NCBI GenBank assembly: GCA_040218815.1
Contig: JAVJQS010000007.1
Coordinates: 25,557-89,556 of the forward strand
Source: Vicingaceae bacterium
GTDB taxonomy: Bacteria > Bacteroidota > Bacteroidia > Flavobacteriales_E > Vicingaceae
Direction: 5' to 3'
DNA length: 64,000 nt
Shown here: positions 1 through 9,378 of the stretch, piece by piece
Numbering within the stretch: the stretch's first letter is position 1
Layout: every line of letters begins with the position of its first letter
The notes under the pieces: model-generated
What the model was told of the DNA's origin: nothing
The model's input: only the letters and a program-made list of their open reading frames with translations
The model's database searches: none
Program-made: the position numbers and the translations under genes

Positions 1-732
1 ATTCGCCCTGAAGCAACTGGTTATGGTGCTGTTTATTTTGTAAAAGAAATGCTAGGTTCACGTGGCGACAGCTTAAAAGGCAAGACAGTAGCTATTTCTG
101 GTTCTGGAAACGTTGCACAGTACGCTTGCGAAAAAGCGATACAATTAGGCGCAAAAGTTTTAACCATGTCTGATTCAGGTGGATACATTTACGATAAGGA
201 TGGTATTGATGCGAAGAAGTTAGCCTTCATCATGAACTTGAAAAACGTAAAGCGAGGAAGAATTTCAGAGTATGCCAAAAAATATGGCGCAGAATACCAT
301 GAAGGCGATCGACCTTGGAGCGTAAAGTGCGATGTTGCCATGCCATGTGCTACACAAAATGAATTAAACCAAGCAGAAGCAAAAACCTTAATTAAAAATG
401 GTGCTACTGTGATTGCAGAAGGAGCTAACATGCCATGTACTCCAGAGGCGGTTGAAGAATTTCTTAAAGCAAAAATATTCTTCGCACCAGGAAAAGCATC
501 AAATGCTGGTGGTGTAGCAACTTCAGGCTTGGAAATGAGCCAAAACTCTATGCGTTACTCTTGGACTGCAGAAGAAGTTGACAAAAAACTTCACGAAATC
601 ATGACTGACATTCACAAAGCTTGTGTAGAGTATGGTTGTGATGAAAAAGGTTTTGTTGATTACGTTAAAGGAGCTAACATTGCTGGTTTTGTTAAAGTTG
701 CTGATGCAATGATGGCACAAGGCATTGTCTAA
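1..732 (+). CDS. gdhA: NAD(P)-dependent glutamate dehydrogenase, C-terminal part (5' end lies outside the window)
   Basis: Frame 1 is open from base 1 (IRPEATGYGAVYF...). It has the Rossmann motif GSGNVAQYA and the C-terminal GKASNAGGVATSGLEMSQN stretch typical of hexameric GDH. Confidence 0.9.
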   Translation: MRPEATGYGAVYFVKEMLGSRGDSLKGKTVAISGSGNVAQYACEKAIQLGAKVLTMSDSGGYIYDKDGIDAKKLAFIMNLKNVKRGRISEYAKKYGAEYHEGDRPWSVKCDVAMPCATQNELNQAEAKTLIKNGATVIAEGANMPCTPEAVEEFLKAKIFFAPGKASNAGGVATSGLEMSQNSMRYSWTAEEVDKKLHEIMTDIHKACVEYGCDEKGFVDYVKGANIAGFVKVADAMMAQGIV

Positions 733-752
733 ATTTAGATATCTCTTAATGG

Positions 753-784
753 AGGCGAATAACGAAAGTTGTTCGCCTTTTTTT
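753..784 (+). terminator. Rho-independent terminator after gdhA
   Basis: Stem AGGCGAA (753-759) pairs with TTCGCCT (772-778) and is followed by a T-run up to 784. Confidence 0.7.
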
Positions 785-858
785 ATGGAATTAAACTACT
801 TTTATTGATTGGTGTTTAAGTTCGTAATCCATCAACACGACTAAATAAAATCCCCTTT

Positions 859-3303
859 TTGAGCCCTATCGATCAAATAGAAAATTGGTTTAATGCCAAA
901 GCTTGGAAATCTTTCGACTTTCAAAAAGAGACATGGCAAGCCTATTTAGATGGTAAAAATGGCTTGCTAAATGCTCCTACTGGTTCAGGTAAAACTTATG
1001 CGTTGGGTTTGGCTATTCTGGCTGAGTATTTAAACAATAGAGACCAAGCAACTCACAATAAAGGAATTCAGGCCATTTGGATTACCCCTATTCGTGCCTT
1101 AGCTAAAGAAATTGAATCTGCTTTAACGGTTGCTTGCGCCGAATTGGATATTCCCTGGGAAGTTGCTAAAAGAACAGGTGATACCTCAGCAAAAGATCGA
1201 GCAAAACAGAAAAAGAATCTCCCTCAAATTCTAATTACTACCCCTGAAAGTTTGCAATTGCTGTTAGCCTCTAAAGGGTACCAAAAGCAATTTCAGTCCC
1301 TCAAGTGTATTGTTAACGATGAGTGGCATGAGTTGCTTGGTTCTAAGCGCGCAGTACAAATGGAACTCGCTCACTCTAGACTTAAGAACGTTTGTTCCAA
1401 TTTAAAGATATGGGGCATATCTGCCACCATTGGCAATATGGATGAGGCACTGCAAGTGCTATTAGGTGATGACTATTCCACTGATAATAAAGTGCTCATT
1501 AAAGCCAATTTGGAGAAAAAAATTCAATTAGAAACGCTAATTCCAAAAGAGGTCGAAAAGTTCCCTTGGGCGGGTCATTTGGGGATCAGAATGTTGAGCC
1601 AAGTAGTACCAATCATCAAAAAAAATAAAACCACATTAATATTTACCAACACCCGTTCCCAAGCAGAAATTTGGTATCAAAATCTGTTGGAAGCAGAGCC
1701 AAATTTAGCCGGTCAAATTGCCATGCATCATGGGTCGATAAGCAAAGAGTTAAGAGAGTGGGTAGAAGATGCCCTGCATGCTGAAAAATTAAAAGCGGTG
1801 GTCTGCACCTCAAGTTTAGACTTAGGCGTTGACTTTCGACCAGTGGAAACAATCGTTCAAATTGGCAGTCCAAAAGGTGTTGCCCGATTTATGCAGCGAG
1901 CTGGAAGAAGTGGTCACCAACCTGGAGCAACTTCAAGCATTTATTTTGTTCCCACTCATTCTTTGGAAATAATTGAATCAGCTGCTTTGGCACAAGCCAT
2001 CAAAGAAAAAATGTTGGAGCGACGTATTCCATACTTCCGTTCTTTTGATGTACTCATCCAATACCTAGTAACGCTGGCCATTTCAGATGGCTTTGAGCCA
2101 AAATTAATTTTCAAAGAAATAAAGTCGACCTTTTGTTTTGAAAGCATTTCTGGAGAGGAATGGCATTGGGTCTTGCGTTTTATTGTCAACGGCGGTGATT
2201 CTTTGGATAATTACGATGAGTATAAAAAGGTAGTCATTGATGAAGACGGCATTTACAGGGTAATTGATCGAAAAATAGCCATGCGGCATCGACTCTCCAT
2301 CGGAACCATTGTTAGTGAGCCTGACATTAAAATCACCTTCATGTCGGGGAAATACATTGGAACAGTTGAAGAGTTTTTTGTTGCCCAACTAAAGCCAGGA
2401 ACTGTATTTTGGTTTGCCGGCAGAAACTTGGAGCTTGTTCAACTAAAGGGAGATGCTGCAATTGTAAAGCTTTCAAAAGAAAAAAACGGGCGAGTCCCAT
2501 CGTGGAAAGGAAGCAGAATGCCATTATCTTCTCAGCTGTCAGCTATGCTACGAACTAAAATTATGGAGGGAGTTGAGAACCCCAATCAACAGATAGAATT
2601 AGCAAGTGTAGGACCATTGATACAAATGCAGGCTGAACGCTCTCAAGTTCCAAACGAAAAGGAATTTTTAATCGAATATTTTGAAAGTAAGGAGGGATAT
2701 CATGCTTTCTTCTATCCTTTTGAAGGTCGTTTTGTTCATGAAGGCATGGCTTCAGTTATTGCTTACCGTATTTCCTTATTACAACCCATTAGCTTTTCCA
2801 TTGCCTTAAACGATTATGGTTTTGAGTTGCTTTCAGATCAGCCAATTCCGATTGAGCAAGCGATAGACAATGGAATATTTACTGCAGCCCATCTCCATGA
2901 TGACATTCAAGCTTCAGTTAATTACACAGAAATGGCACGCCGAAAGTTCCGGGACATTGCCTCTATTGCAGGTTTAGTTTTTAAGGGGTTCCCAGGTAAA
3001 AATAAAAAGGATAAACACATCCAAGCCTCTTCGCAACTCTTTTTCGATGTATTTAAAGATTATGAGAATCAAAACTTACTTTACCTACAAGCCTTTGAAG
3101 AAGTAATGGAGTTTGAGCTCGAAGAAAGTAGAATGCAAGAAGCCATGAATCGGATTGAGGACCAAACAATTATTTTAAAATTCCTGAAAAAACCCAGTCC
3201 TTTTTGTTTCCCAATTATGGTTGACCGCTTAAGCAGAGAAAAGCTCAGTTCAGAAAAGTTGGAAGACCGGGTGAGGCGAATGAAGCTACAATTGGAAAAG
3301 TAG
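859..3303 (+). CDS. Ligase-associated DNA damage response DEXH-box helicase (Lhr-core type)
   Basis: 814 aa with a TTG start. Walker A is NAPTGSGKT and the DExH box reads NDEWHEL. A helicase C domain (QRAGRSGH) is followed by the long Lhr-type C-terminal domain. Length and motifs match the ligase-associated helicase family. Confidence 0.8.
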   Translation: MSPIDQIENWFNAKAWKSFDFQKETWQAYLDGKNGLLNAPTGSGKTYALGLAILAEYLNNRDQATHNKGIQAIWITPIRALAKEIESALTVACAELDIPWEVAKRTGDTSAKDRAKQKKNLPQILITTPESLQLLLASKGYQKQFQSLKCIVNDEWHELLGSKRAVQMELAHSRLKNVCSNLKIWGISATIGNMDEALQVLLGDDYSTDNKVLIKANLEKKIQLETLIPKEVEKFPWAGHLGIRMLSQVVPIIKKNKTTLIFTNTRSQAEIWYQNLLEAEPNLAGQIAMHHGSISKELREWVEDALHAEKLKAVVCTSSLDLGVDFRPVETIVQIGSPKGVARFMQRAGRSGHQPGATSSIYFVPTHSLEIIESAALAQAIKEKMLERRIPYFRSFDVLIQYLVTLAISDGFEPKLIFKEIKSTFCFESISGEEWHWVLRFIVNGGDSLDNYDEYKKVVIDEDGIYRVIDRKIAMRHRLSIGTIVSEPDIKITFMSGKYIGTVEEFFVAQLKPGTVFWFAGRNLELVQLKGDAAIVKLSKEKNGRVPSWKGSRMPLSSQLSAMLRTKIMEGVENPNQQIELASVGPLIQMQAERSQVPNEKEFLIEYFESKEGYHAFFYPFEGRFVHEGMASVIAYRISLLQPISFSIALNDYGFELLSDQPIPIEQAIDNGIFTAAHLHDDIQASVNYTEMARRKFRDIASIAGLVFKGFPGKNKKDKHIQASSQLFFDVFKDYENQNLLYLQAFEEVMEFELEESRMQEAMNRIEDQTIILKFLKKPSPFCFPIMVDRLSREKLSSEKLEDRVRRMKLQLEK

Positions 3304-3401
3304 TAGCTTCGCGTTCACCGTCATAATAGTCAAAAGTTCAATTTATTATTTATCTTGCATTGCCCTTTTTAAGCAACTTCAATAAACTAAGCTGTGTTCT
3401 C

Positions 3402-5339
3402 ATGAGAAAGCTGTTGTATGCTCTTTTGCTGTTTTGCAGTAGTTTTTTTAATTCAATTTCCACCTTCGCTTTTAAAAATCAATTGCCCCAAGAAGAGCAA
3501 TTCAAACAACTCGATTGGGATAGGTCAGTTATACGATATGACTTAAATCAAATTATTAGTAGCACTGAAGATTCTATCTCAAAGTATGGGAAGGTAATTA
3601 TACCTCATGATGCAACTGATTACGAACGACTGCTTTTTAAAGCTAGAAGAATTCAACATAATGACAGTCAATTAGTAGCTGTGAAGTTTATAAGGTATTT
3701 GCTTGAGTTTGAATATTTCAGAACCCCTGGTGAAGAACTTTATATTCAACTGTTATTATCTAATTCCTTAGACTACATTGGAGCTCCACTAATTGCCAAC
3801 ACCTACTTGAACAAGGTCTTCCCAGACATTTTAGACCATATTAATCGAGAGGACATAAAAGCGGAGTATTTAAGTCATTATGGTGGAATTTTAGTAAAAA
3901 TTGATAGTCTCGAAAGGGCAAAAGAGGTCTATAAAAACATTATTGAAATTGGCAACAAAATAAATGATACGAATTTGTTGATTAGTGCACGAAATAATTA
4001 CGGTTTCGTGTTAAAATTATTACATCAATATGATTCTTCTGAGCACTATTTTATACTCAACCAGGAGGAATATGTTAAAACCATAAATCCTACATTACAT
4101 GCTTTTGCGTTTGGTAATTATGGTGCTGTACTTTTAGAAAAGGGGATGCTTGACTCGGCTATTTTTTACACTAAAAAAGAAGTATCCTTATTAAGAAGTG
4201 AAAATATAACTGAGGGTTTAGCTAATGCCTATAAAACTTTAGGTGAAGCTTACATTAAACTGAAAAACTTAGATTCTGCAGGATACTACTTTAAGCTTTC
4301 TTTGAATGTTAGTGAGCGAACTGACCGATTAAGTCAAATTATAGAAAATTACGAATCGCTTTTACAGCTATACGCTCTAAAAGAAGATGATGCCCGCTTA
4401 AAAGAATTTTTGAAAAATTACTTTTCATATAACGACAGTTTGAAGTCAATTTTATCATTTAGGTCTTATTCTGATGAATTAAGGGTTGCACAGTTTATGC
4501 AAATTATAAATGAGGCTCAATTATCTAAAAAGAATTTTGATCAGCTTGAGGCGGATAATCGAGAACTCTATTACTTAGTAATCGGGCTGTGTGTTTTAAT
4601 TGTCATGTTAATATTTGCCATATTAAGCCGAATTAGAAGCAGAAAGAAAATTAATGATGCTAATGATGAGTTGGTCATAAAAAACAACGAATTAAAGAGC
4701 TCCTATCAACTTATTTCCGAGTCAAACGCAAAAAATGAAACTCTATTAAAAGAGCTACATCATCGGGTTAAAAATAATTTGCAGATGATTAGCAGCCTAT
4801 TTAATCTGCAGCTTAATGCTCAAGAGTTGGATACTGAAGCCACAGGTATATTCAGAGCGGCACAAGATCGAATTCATTCGATTTCATTAATTCATAAAAA
4901 GATATACCAGTCTGATAATGTTTCTACTTTAGATTTTGGTGATTATTTGTTGACCTTTTCAAAAGAAATCAAACATGCCTATAAAGTTTCGCCTGAAATT
5001 AACATTGATTTGCCTGAAGTAACTTTATCAATAGATTCTGCTATTCCTTTAGGGTTAATTTTTAATGAACTTTTTACTAACTCTTTGAAGCATGCTAAAA
5101 ACGGTAAAGACTTAAAAATTACGATAAGCAAAAAAGTTACTTCTAGTGGATTAATGTTTATTTATACTGACAATGGTGTTGGAATAGATCCGAGTATGAT
5201 GAAGGATGATAGCAAAAACTCTATAGGCATTACCTTAATCCATTTATTATCTGAACAACTCGATGCTGAAACCCGGTTTAAGGCTCCAAAACAAGGAGAA
5301 TATGGATTTTTCTTTAGCATTGAAGGAGATTTTAATTAG
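3402..5339 (+). CDS. Sensor histidine kinase: signal peptide, TPR-like sensor region, one TM segment, HisKA_2 and HATPase_c
   Basis: The H-box is ELHHRVKNNLQMISSLFNLQ (HisKA_2 type) and the C-terminal ATPase carries NELFTNSLKHA and DNGVGI. The ATG at 3402 (MRKLLYALLLF) is preferred over the TTG at 3360 in the ORF track. No response regulator is adjacent. Confidence 0.8.
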   Translation: MRKLLYALLLFCSSFFNSISTFAFKNQLPQEEQFKQLDWDRSVIRYDLNQIISSTEDSISKYGKVIIPHDATDYERLLFKARRIQHNDSQLVAVKFIRYLLEFEYFRTPGEELYIQLLLSNSLDYIGAPLIANTYLNKVFPDILDHINREDIKAEYLSHYGGILVKIDSLERAKEVYKNIIEIGNKINDTNLLISARNNYGFVLKLLHQYDSSEHYFILNQEEYVKTINPTLHAFAFGNYGAVLLEKGMLDSAIFYTKKEVSLLRSENITEGLANAYKTLGEAYIKLKNLDSAGYYFKLSLNVSERTDRLSQIIENYESLLQLYALKEDDARLKEFLKNYFSYNDSLKSILSFRSYSDELRVAQFMQIINEAQLSKKNFDQLEADNRELYYLVIGLCVLIVMLIFAILSRIRSRKKINDANDELVIKNNELKSSYQLISESNAKNETLLKELHHRVKNNLQMISSLFNLQLNAQELDTEATGIFRAAQDRIHSISLIHKKIYQSDNVSTLDFGDYLLTFSKEIKHAYKVSPEINIDLPEVTLSIDSAIPLGLIFNELFTNSLKHAKNGKDLKITISKKVTSSGLMFIYTDNGVGIDPSMMKDDSKNSIGITLIHLLSEQLDAETRFKAPKQGEYGFFFSIEGDFN

Positions 5340-5353
5340 ATTACTTCAAGCCT

Positions 5354-5899
5354 ATGCCACCTTACCTTCTTTGTGTAATCCCTCCTCCAAAAATAAACGC
5401 TGAAATAGTCGGCTTTCAAAAAGAAATAGAGGCTGAATTTGGTGCAATACATGCTCAAAAAGCACCCCCTCATATTACAATAATTCCACCGTTTGATTGT
5501 ATACCCGAAAAATTGAAGGAATTAATTGAAGCACTTGAAAGGTACCTTAAAAACAGCTCCTATCAAAAAATCAATATTCAGTTAGATGGATTTCAATGCT
5601 TTGAGAGCAGAACTATATTTGTGGATGTTGCCAAGAATGAGGTGTTTGAGCAGTTTTGCAAAAGCATCAAGCAACTTTTCAATCGCCAAAAAATCATCAA
5701 GTATCGAGAAGAAAAACATTTTTTTGTACCACACATTACTTTGGCAAACAAGGATTTGAAAAAACGTGATTTCAAATTGGCGTGGGTAAAATTTAAGGAC
5801 AAAGCGTATCAAGAAAATTTTGAATTAAATGATCTAGTAGTGCTGCACCATGATGGAAATACATGGCAATTAGATCAGAAAATACCCCTTTCAGCATGA
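5354..5899 (+). CDS. 2H phosphoesterase (2'-5' RNA ligase/LigT superfamily)
   Basis: It has two HxT motifs at the expected spacing (PPHITIIPPF and VPHITLANK) and is about 180 aa long. Confidence 0.75.
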   Translation: MPPYLLCVIPPPKINAEIVGFQKEIEAEFGAIHAQKAPPHITIIPPFDCIPEKLKELIEALERYLKNSSYQKINIQLDGFQCFESRTIFVDVAKNEVFEQFCKSIKQLFNRQKIIKYREEKHFFVPHITLANKDLKKRDFKLAWVKFKDKAYQENFELNDLVVLHHDGNTWQLDQKIPLSA

Positions 5900-6168
5900 A
5901 CCCAAAATTGGATACAATTCAACATGCGATTAGCAACTTTCATGTATTACAATTAAAATACATTAAAAGTATTGGTGTAATTTCAGAACGAGCTATTGAG
6001 CCTTTAGCGCTTTACTTTGAACAGGGGCAATGGCACTTGATTGCCTTCTGTAGATTACGACAAGAAAAACGATTATTCCTGCTCAACAGAATAGCGTCAC
6101 TTCGAGAAACAGATCAGGATTTCGCACCTAATCAATTTTCTTTAGCTGCTTATTTTAAGCAGCAGTAG
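5896..6168 (+). CDS. Minimal WYL-domain protein (about 90 aa, no HTH)
   Basis: The sequence ERAIEPLALYFEQGQWHLIAFCRLRQEKRLFLLNRI fits the WYL-domain core, with WHL in place of WYL. The ATG at 5896 overlaps the TGA of the 2H gene (ATGA), so this start is preferred over 5863. Confidence 0.6.
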   Translation: MNPKLDTIQHAISNFHVLQLKYIKSIGVISERAIEPLALYFEQGQWHLIAFCRLRQEKRLFLLNRIASLRETDQDFAPNQFSLAAYFKQQ

Positions 6169-6186
6169 CATGCTTAATTTTGTAGT

Positions 6187-6849
6187 ATGCCAGCAGAAAA
6201 CCTATTGAATAAATTTGAAACGATAGCCCTTAGGAATGAAAAGCTGTTTTTGCTTCCTGAAAAAGCCATTTATTGGCCATCAAAGAAATTGTTGCTTATT
6301 GCAGACCTTCATATTGGGAAGTCTGCCCACTTTAGAAAAAACGGAATAGCTGTTCCCGCCATTGCTGAAAATAATAATTGGCTGGTTTTACATCGGCTAT
6401 TCAAACTTCATGAACCTGAGCGAGTTTGTTTTTTGGGTGATCTTTTTCACAGTACAAAAAATAAAGCATGGGAAGTTTTTTCTGAATTAATTAGCAGCTA
6501 TCCGCAAATACAGTTTGAATTAGTTATTGGTAACCATGATATTTTACCAATAAAAAATTATCAAGACATAGGGTTTAAGGTACTTGAAAGTTTATTGGAA
6601 GAACCCTTTTTATTTACCCATGAGCCTTTAGAAAATAAAAGCAACTATTATAATTTGGCAGGTCACCTTCACCCTGGAGTTAAGCTTAGAGGGAAAGGCA
6701 AACAGACGCATCATTTACCTTGTTTCTATTTCGAAAAAAATGGAGGAATTCTTCCAGCCTTTGGTGCCTTCACCGGTTTATCTACGCTTCCAATTAAAAA
6801 AGACATACAAGTTTTTGCCATTGTCGATGATCAGGTGATGAAAATCTAA
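6187..6849 (+). CDS. pdeM: Ligase-associated DNA damage response endonuclease PdeM (metallophosphoesterase)
   Basis: It carries the calcineurin-like motifs ADLHIGK, GDLFH and GNHD plus a C-terminal GH. The 220-aa size is typical of PdeM, and an Lhr-type helicase is encoded nearby. Confidence 0.8.
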   Translation: MPAENLLNKFETIALRNEKLFLLPEKAIYWPSKKLLLIADLHIGKSAHFRKNGIAVPAIAENNNWLVLHRLFKLHEPERVCFLGDLFHSTKNKAWEVFSELISSYPQIQFELVIGNHDILPIKNYQDIGFKVLESLLEEPFLFTHEPLENKSNYYNLAGHLHPGVKLRGKGKQTHHLPCFYFEKNGGILPAFGAFTGLSTLPIKKDIQVFAIVDDQVMKI

Positions 6850-8252
6850 TAGTGTTTTTTCCAATATTCAGGCTTTACCATTGGTTCTGGATAGTCAAAC
6901 TCGGGTTTACCAAATAAGTCTGACGCAGCTGTCCATGGGTGATGTACATGATGTTTATCCAGGCCTTTTAATTCAGGCAACCACAACTTGACATATTTTC
7001 CGTCTGGATCATAGCGTTTAGCTTGGCTAATGATATTAAAGTATCTATCTCTGGGGTCGTTTCCTACACCAGCATTATACATCCAATTCCCGTAATTACT
7101 TGCTACATCGTAATCAATCAGTTTGCTTTCAAAGTATTCGGCACCCATTCGCCAATCTAAACCCAACTCCTTTACTAAAAAAGAAGCGACGTTTTGTCTA
7201 CCTCTATTACTCATAAATCCGGTGAGGTTTAATTCTCGCATATTGGCATCAATGAAAGGAATCCCAGTTTCACCATTAGCCCATTTATCAAATAATTCTC
7301 GATTCACTTTCCACTCATACCGTTCTTTTTTTATCCCGTGGAGTTTGAAAATATCATTGCTATGCTTTAAGCTTATGAACTTAAAATAATCACGCCAAAT
7401 CAATTCAAAAATCAACCAGTAGGTAGACTGATTTTTTTCAATTTCTTTTTCATACTGCTTTACTTCCCAATATATTTTCCGTGGCGAGATGCAGCCGTTC
7501 CACAGCCAAAACGAAAACTTTGAGGAGTAATCGGGTCCTATTAGTCCGTTTCGCTTCTTTTTATATAAGCTCAACTCCTTGCTCTCAAACAAATAATAGT
7601 TCAATCTTTCAAGCGCTGCCGATTCTCCTCCTTTAACTTGCAGCGCCGCACGTGAGTCGTGTCCAATCTGCTTTAAGCCAAACGCCACTAATGAGGGCAA
7701 CTCCCCTGGATTAATTGAATCTTGTAATGGTGGGAGTTTCGAAGGTGTAGGAAACAAATTCCGAACACTTGATTTCTTTTCTACCCCCTTTCTAAATTCA
7801 GTATAAACTGAAGGAGTCTCATCATATTTATGAGCTAAGTCGTTGACGTGATAAAGCGTGCTTCCAAAAAAATAGTTGAGCCTTTTATTAAAGCTTTTTT
7901 CTACTGCATCTTGAACATCTATTTCCTCTTGATGAATTGCTTTGTAGGCATAAATTTCATCTGCTCCTATTTCTTTGCTTAGTTGTTGGATTTCTTCAGC
8001 AGTATCTCCTGTTCGAATTACTAAGTCTGAACCTAAGCCTTGAATATTTTTCCGGAGGTTCTCAATACTTTCAATTAGAAATTGTGCACGGAAACTTCCC
8101 GTTTTTTCAAAACCAAAAGCTGTTTTCTCAAACTGCTTTTTTTCAAAACAATAAAATGGAATGACTTGCTCGTGCTTTTTTAATGCATGATGTAATGCTT
8201 CGTGATCGTGAAGTCTCAAATCATCTCTAAACCAAACTATTGCTACACTCAT
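6846..8252 (-). CDS. Cryptochrome DASH / photolyase-family flavoprotein
   Basis: The N-terminus is VAIVWFRDDLRLHDHEAL. The FAD-binding C-terminal region contains WRDYF, GFMSNRGRQNVASFL, and NYGNWMYNAGVG. Confidence 0.85.
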   Translation of the reverse strand: MSVAIVWFRDDLRLHDHEALHHALKKHEQVIPFYCFEKKQFEKTAFGFEKTGSFRAQFLIESIENLRKNIQGLGSDLVIRTGDTAEEIQQLSKEIGADEIYAYKAIHQEEIDVQDAVEKSFNKRLNYFFGSTLYHVNDLAHKYDETPSVYTEFRKGVEKKSSVRNLFPTPSKLPPLQDSINPGELPSLVAFGLKQIGHDSRAALQVKGGESAALERLNYYLFESKELSLYKKKRNGLIGPDYSSKFSFWLWNGCISPRKIYWEVKQYEKEIEKNQSTYWLIFELIWRDYFKFISLKHSNDIFKLHGIKKERYEWKVNRELFDKWANGETGIPFIDANMRELNLTGFMSNRGRQNVASFLVKELGLDWRMGAEYFESKLIDYDVASNYGNWMYNAGVGNDPRDRYFNIISQAKRYDPDGKYVKLWLPELKGLDKHHVHHPWTAASDLFGKPEFDYPEPMVKPEYWKKHY

Positions 8253-8392
8253 TATTTATTCGAATTCTTATTTCTTTTGCATCTTTCACTGCAATAAATC
8301 ACCATTTCCCAGTCCCGTTCCCATTTCTTTCTCCAGCTAAATGCTTTTTCACAAACCGGGCAAATTTTCTGTGGTAAATGTTCCTTTTTCAA
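8252..8392 (-). CDS. DUF2256-type zinc-ribbon mini-protein (46 aa), absent from the ORF track
   Basis: My own translation of the minus strand gives (M)[45 protein letters not shown]. It has a TTG start, and its TAA stop overlaps the cry-DASH ATG by 1 nt (TAATG). The CxxC...WRKKW...CSxxC pattern matches my recollection of DUF2256. Confidence 0.7.
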   Translation of the reverse strand: MKKEHLPQKICPVCEKAFSWRKKWERDWEMVIYCSERCKRNKNSNK

Positions 8393-8547
8393 CGCTGTTA
8401 AAATGCTATTATTAATTGTTGTATTTCTCTAACACTTGCTTAACGAATCTTGTTTAATAGTAAGAAACACTTAATAATTGGGTAACTCACTAAAGCTTTA
8501 GTCAGGGTCACTTTTGCGGCGAAATTTTAAATCAATAAAAATTAGCC

Positions 8548-9009
8548 ATGAAAAACTTGAAAAAAACAATCGCTTTAGTCGGATTTCTTTCTCTGTTTTC
8601 TACTTTCACTTTTGGACAATGTAAGAACATTTTAAAAAAAGCAGATTTATCTGTAATGAAAGCTTATGAGCATTGCGGAAATACACGAGTTGCCAAAATG
8701 TATAGTGGCGACGAAGCCAGTATTCCTCAAGCAGTAAAAAGTAGCAAACGTTATCGCCTGATGACAATTTCGCAGAAACGCTTAGGAGAAATTAAGCTAA
8801 ATATTTTAGGAGAAAACGGAGATACCTTAGGTATTAAAACTCATGAAGAACAACAAAGTTATTGGGACCTAATGGTTGATAATAACCAAAAAGTTGAGAT
8901 TAAGATCAGTGTCCCAATTGAAACTAGCACTGTTGGGATTGATGCTTTTGGCTGTGTTGCCCTTATCATAGGAGAAATAGAAAACACTGACCTAGTAAGC
9001 ATAGATTAA
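8548..9009 (+). CDS. Hypothetical secreted protein
   Basis: It has an N-terminal signal peptide (MKNLKKTIALVGFLSLFSTFTFGQC). I recognised no domain. Confidence 0.5.
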   Translation: MKNLKKTIALVGFLSLFSTFTFGQCKNILKKADLSVMKAYEHCGNTRVAKMYSGDEASIPQAVKSSKRYRLMTISQKRLGEIKLNILGENGDTLGIKTHEEQQSYWDLMVDNNQKVEIKISVPIETSTVGIDAFGCVALIIGEIENTDLVSID

Positions 9010-9027
9010 GTCAAATCTATCCTGCTT

Positions 9028-9294
9028 TTAAGCTGCTTTGTAAATAATGTGCACCTTATTTGCTGAGAAATCATTGCTCTCTCCTTCAATAACTACATGC
9101 CAAGAACCGTCAATGGGTTTCTCAAAATGACAATACTGATCCTTCACCGCCACATGAACCCCATTGTATTTTCCTTGCTTTCGGTAAGCGTTGTAATTAT
9201 CTTCATCTAATAAATAAACTTGATATTCGTTAGGCAGTTCTATTCCAATATATCCAGGATGGCTGCCTCTAATTTTGTGATGTATACCGTTCAT
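9028..9294 (-). CDS. Small DUF1883-like protein (88 aa)
   Basis: The pattern YLLDEDNYNAYRKQGKYNG...GSWHVVIEG resembles DUF1883 (L.D..N...Y..G..y.y.G........P..G.WhvV.D). This assignment is from memory. Confidence 0.45.
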   Translation of the reverse strand: MNGIHHKIRGSHPGYIGIELPNEYQVYLLDEDNYNAYRKQGKYNGVHVAVKDQYCHFEKPIDGSWHVVIEGESNDFSANKVHIIYKAA

Positions 9295-9347
9295 TTTGCT
9301 AATTTGTTTAGTATTTAATATATTTACACCTCAAATATACTACTTTT

Positions 9348-9361
9348 TTTAGTTTACTAAA
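9348..9361. promoter_or_regulatory. Candidate operator palindrome TTTAGT-N2-ACTAAA in the divergent promoter region
   Basis: The 6-2-6 inverted repeat TTTAGTTTACTAAA sits 18 bp upstream of the XRE/S24 start. A further TTTAGTA half-site lies at 9307-9313. Confidence 0.3.
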
Positions 9362-9378
9362 TTTTTTAGCAATTTATA

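Noticed and set aside
859-3303. The DEXH helicase as part of an anti-phage system
   Set aside because: Its length, its motifs and the presence of PdeM fit the ligase-associated DNA-damage-response helicase family. No methylase, nuclease or other defence partner genes are adjacent.
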